Below, piece by piece: positions 61,001-64,000 of a stretch of 64,000 bases of DNA (position 1 is its first letter; every line of letters begins with the position of its first letter). The stretch lies in NCBI GenBank assembly GCA_964016885.1, contig OZ024742.1, positions 184,946,001 to 185,010,000 on the forward strand. Direction: 5' to 3'. The position numbers and the translations under genes were made by a program. This stretch comes from Eledone cirrhosa. Its lineage: Eukaryota. A model generated the notes under the pieces. The model was not told where the DNA came from and did not search any database. It saw nothing but the letters and a program-made list of their open reading frames with translations.

Positions 61001-64000
61001 GGTTAAGTTAAGTTGGGGCTGAGTTAAGTTGGGGTCAAGTTAAGTTGGGGTTGAGTTAAGTTAGGGTTAAGTTAACTTGGGGTTAATTTAAGTTGGGGTT
61101 AAGTCAAATTGGGTTTGAGTTAAGTTAGGGTTAAGTTAAGTTGGGGTTAAGTTAAGTTGGGGTTAAGTTAAGTTGGGGTTAAGTTAAGTTGGGGTTAAAT
61201 TAAGCTGGGTTTAAGTTAAGTTGGGGTTAAGTTAAGTTGGGGTTAAGTTAAGTTGGGGTTAAGTTAAGTTGAGGTTAAGTTAGGTTGGGGTTAAATTCAG
61301 TTGGGGTTAAGTTAAGTTGGGGTTAAGTTAATTTGGGGATAAGTTAAGTTGAGTTTAAGTTAAGTTGGAGTTGATTTAAGTTGAGGTTAAGTTAAGTTGT
61401 GGTAAAGTTAAGTTGGGGTTAAGTTAAGTTGGGGTTAAGTTAAGTTGGGGTTCAGTTAAGTTGGGGTTAAGTTAAGTAGGGGTTCAGTTGGGGTTAAATT
61501 AATTTGGGGTTAAGTTAAGTTGGGGTTAAGTTAAGTTGGGGTTAAGTTAAGTTGGGGTTAAGTTAAGTTGGGGTTGAGTTAAGTTGGGGTTAAGTTAAGT
61601 CGGGGTTAAGTTAAGTTGGGGTTAAGTTAAGTTGGGGTTAAGTTAAGTTGGGGTTAAGTTAAGTTGGGGTTGAGTTAAGTTGGGGTTAAGTTAAGTTGGG
61701 TTTAATTTAAGTTGGGGTTAAGTTAAGTTGGGGTTAAGTTAAGGTGGGGTTAAGTTAAGTTGGGGTTAAGTTAAGTCGGGGTTAAGTTAAGTTGGGGTGA
61801 AGTTAAGTTGGGGTTAAGTTAAGTTGGGGTTAAGTTAAGTTCGGGTTAAGATAAGTTGGGGTTAAGTTAAGTTGGGGTTGAGTTAAGTTGGGGTTGAGTT
61901 AATTTGGGGTTAAGTTAAGTTGGGGTTAACTTAAGTTGGGGTTAAGTTAAGTTGGCGTTCAGTTAAGTTGCGGTTAAGTTAAGTTGGGGTTAACTTAAGT
62001 CGGGTTTAAGTTAAGTTGGGGTTAAGTTAAGTTGGGGTCAAGTTAAGTTGGGGTTAAGTTAAGTTGGGGTTAAGTTAAGTTGGGGTTAAGTTAAGTCGGG
62101 GTTAAGTTAAGTTGGGGTTAAGTTAAGTTGGGGTTAAGTTAAGTTGGGGTCAAGTTAAGTTGGGGTTAAGTTAAGTTGGGGTTCAGTTAAGTTGGGGTTA
62201 AGTTAAGTCGCGGTTAAGTTAAGTTGGGGTTAAGTTAAGATGGGGTTAAGTTAAGTTGTGGTTAAGTTAAGTTGGGGTTAAGATAAGTTGGGGTTAAGTT
62301 AAGTTGCGGTTGAGTTAAGTTGGGGTTGAGTTAATTGGGGTTAAGTTAAGTTGGGGTTAACTTAAGTTGGGTTTAAGTTAAGTTGGGGTTAAGTTAAGTT
62401 GGGGTTAAATTAAGTTGGGGTTATGATAAGTTGGGGTTAAGTTAAGTCGGGGTTAAGTTATGTCGGGGTTAAGTTAAGTTGGGGTTAAGTTAACTTGGTG
62501 TTAAGTTAAGTTGGGGTTCAGTTAAGTTGGGGTTGAGTTAAGTTGGGGGTCAAGTTAAGTTGGGGTTAAGCTAAGTTGGGGTTAAGTTAAGTTGGGGTTA
62601 AGTTAAGTTGGGGTTAATTTAAGTTTTGGTTAAGTTAAGTTGGGGCTGAGTTAAGTTGGCGTCAAGTTAAGTTGGGGTTGAGTTAAGAAGGGGTTAAGTT
62701 AACTTGGGGTTAAGTTAACTTGGGGTTAAGTTAAGTTGGGGTTAAGTTAAGTTGGGGTTAAGTTAAGTTGTGGTTAAGTTAAGTTGGGGCTGAGTTAAGT
62801 TGGGGTCAAGTTAAGTTGGGGTTTAGTTAAGTTGGGGTTAAGTTAACTTGGGGTTAATTTAAGTTGGGGTTAAGTCAAATTGGGTTTGAGTTAAGTTAGG
62901 GTTAAGTTACGTTGGGGTTAAGTTAAGTTGGGGTTAAGTTAAGTTGGGGTTAAGTTAAGTTGGGGTTAAGTTAAGTTGAGGTTAAGTTAAGTTGGGTTTA
63001 AATTCAGTTGGGGTTAAGTTAAGTTGGGGTTAAGTTAAGTTGGGGATAAGTTAAGTTGAGTTTAAGTTAAGTTGGAGTTAATTTAAGTTGAGGTTAAGTT
63101 AAGTTGTGGTTAAGTTAAGTTGGGGTTAAGTTAAGTTGGGGTTAAGTTAAGTTGGGGTTCAGTTAAGTTGGGGTTAAGTTAAGTAGGGGTTAAGTTGGCG
63201 TTAAATTAAGTTGGGGTTAAGTTAAGTTGGGGTTAAGTTAAGTTGGGGTTAAGTTAAGTTGGGGTTAAGTTAAGTTGGGGTTAAGATAAGTTGGGGTTAA
63301 GATAAGTTGGGGTTAAGTTAAGTTGGGGTTGAGTTAAGTTGGGGTTGAGTTAATTGGGGTTAAGTTAAGTTGGGGTTAACTTAAGTTGGGTTTAAGTTAA
63401 GTTGGGGTTAAGTTAAGTTGGGGTTAAATTAAGTTGGGGTTAAGATAAGTTGGGGTTAAGTTAAGTCGGGGTTAAGTTAAGTCGGGGTTAAGTTAAGTTG
63501 GGGTTAAGTTAACTTGGTGTTAAGTTAAGTTGGGGCTCAGTTAAGTTGGGGTTGAGTTAAGTTGGGGTCAAGTTAAGTTGGGACTAAGCTAAGTTGGGGT
63601 TAAGTTAAGTTGGGGTTAAGTTAAGTTAGGGTTAAGTTAAGCTTGGGTTAAGTTAAGTTGGGGTTGAGTTAATTTGGGGTTGAGTTAAGTTGGGGTTGAG
63701 TTAAGTTGGGGTTGAGTTAAGTTGGGGTTAAGTTAAGTTGGGGTTAACTTAAGTTGGGGTTAAGTTAAGTTGGGGTCAATTTAAGTTGAGGTTAAGTTAA
63801 CTTGGGATTAAGTTAAGTTGGGGTTAACTTAAATTGAGGTTAAGTTAAGTTGGGGTTAAGTTAAGTTGGGGGTAAGTTAAGTTGGGGGTAAGTTAAGTTA
63901 GGGTTAAGTTGGGGTTAAGTTAAGTTAGGGTTACGTTACGTTGGGGTTGAGTTAAGTTGGGGTTAATTTAAATTGGGGTTAAGTTAACTTTGTGGTTAAG
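43070..64000 (+). repeat. ~13.3-kb higher-order duplication: ~43070-56390 re-copied from ~56390 onward, with a ~3.6-kb internal gap in the second copy
   Basis: The offset is 13320 at lines 43141/56461 and at gttaagtcggggttacg 43891/57211. It is 13432 at gtcgggat 45921/59353 and 13464 at tagg 47817/61281 and gttggcgtca 49191/62655. It then drops to 9875 (agttgtgg 52891/62766; tagggttacgttacg 54051/63926). Confidence 0.87.
51750..56390 (+). repeat. Tandem higher-order repeat, ~1.7-kb period, about 3 copies (third internally deleted)
   Basis: agttgggact is at 52031, 53701 and 55402 (spacings 1670 and 1701). The tggcg of aagtaggggttaagttggcg is at 53321 and 55006 (spacing 1685). Confidence 0.8.

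Larger units (their letters stand above)
1..64000 (+). repeat. Tandem satellite array of 16-bp monomer GGGGTTAAGTTAAGTT (telomere-like, G-rich strand on +); runs to both window edges
   Basis: The monomer reads continuously from base 1 to 64000. Consensus composition is G6 T6 A4 C0 (37.5% GC). Only scattered substitutions and 11-, 15-, 17- and 21-bp length variants interrupt it. Confidence 0.99.

Noticed and set aside
1-64000. Protein-coding ORF (repetitive protein)
   Set aside because: Each consensus monomer has two TAA triplets on each strand, and the 16-bp period rotates them through all frames. No long ORF is possible on either strand.
1-64000. CRISPR array
   Set aside because: There are no unique spacers: the sequence between G tracts is the same 12-mer with point variants. 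The unit is too short, and no leader or cas genes are present.
1-64000. Freshly telomerase-synthesised terminal tract
   Set aside because: Kilobase-scale ordered variant patterns are duplicated in register, which copying from a short RNA template cannot produce. A telomeric origin of the motif itself is not excluded.
1-64000. Variants as random sequencing error, or the window as a low-complexity artefact
   Set aside because: The same rare variants recur in the same order at fixed offsets, so most are inherited differences. Individual near-identical block copies could still be assembly errors.
1-64000. Variant pattern as an encoded message or diversity-generating cassette system
   Set aside because: The pattern is accounted for by nested duplication and deletion of mutated monomers. 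No recombinase, reverse transcriptase or expression signal is present in the window.

Overview
The whole 64-kb window is one uninterrupted, head-to-tail tandem array of a 16-bp monomer, consensus GGGGTTAAGTTAAGTT on + (AACTTAACTTAACCCC on -). That is about 4,000 monomers (64000/16), all in one orientation. I saw no unique sequence, gene, RNA gene, transposon or CRISPR spacer; TAA stops recur in all six frames. The monomer is telomere-like: TTAAG + TTAAG + TTGGGG, with a C-free G-strand consensus. Rare variant monomers act as barcodes and reveal nested higher-order duplications with periods or offsets of 224 bp, 1,419 bp, ~1.7 kb, 2,470 bp, 4,257 bp, ~5.5-5.9 kb, ~13.3 kb and 20,470 bp. This points to growth by recombination or segment copying rather than de novo telomerase synthesis. 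The best reading is a eukaryotic telomere-like satellite (subtelomeric, interstitial or centromeric), but organism and location cannot be determined from this window. Offsets were read by eye from marker variants; block boundaries are approximate to within a few monomers.
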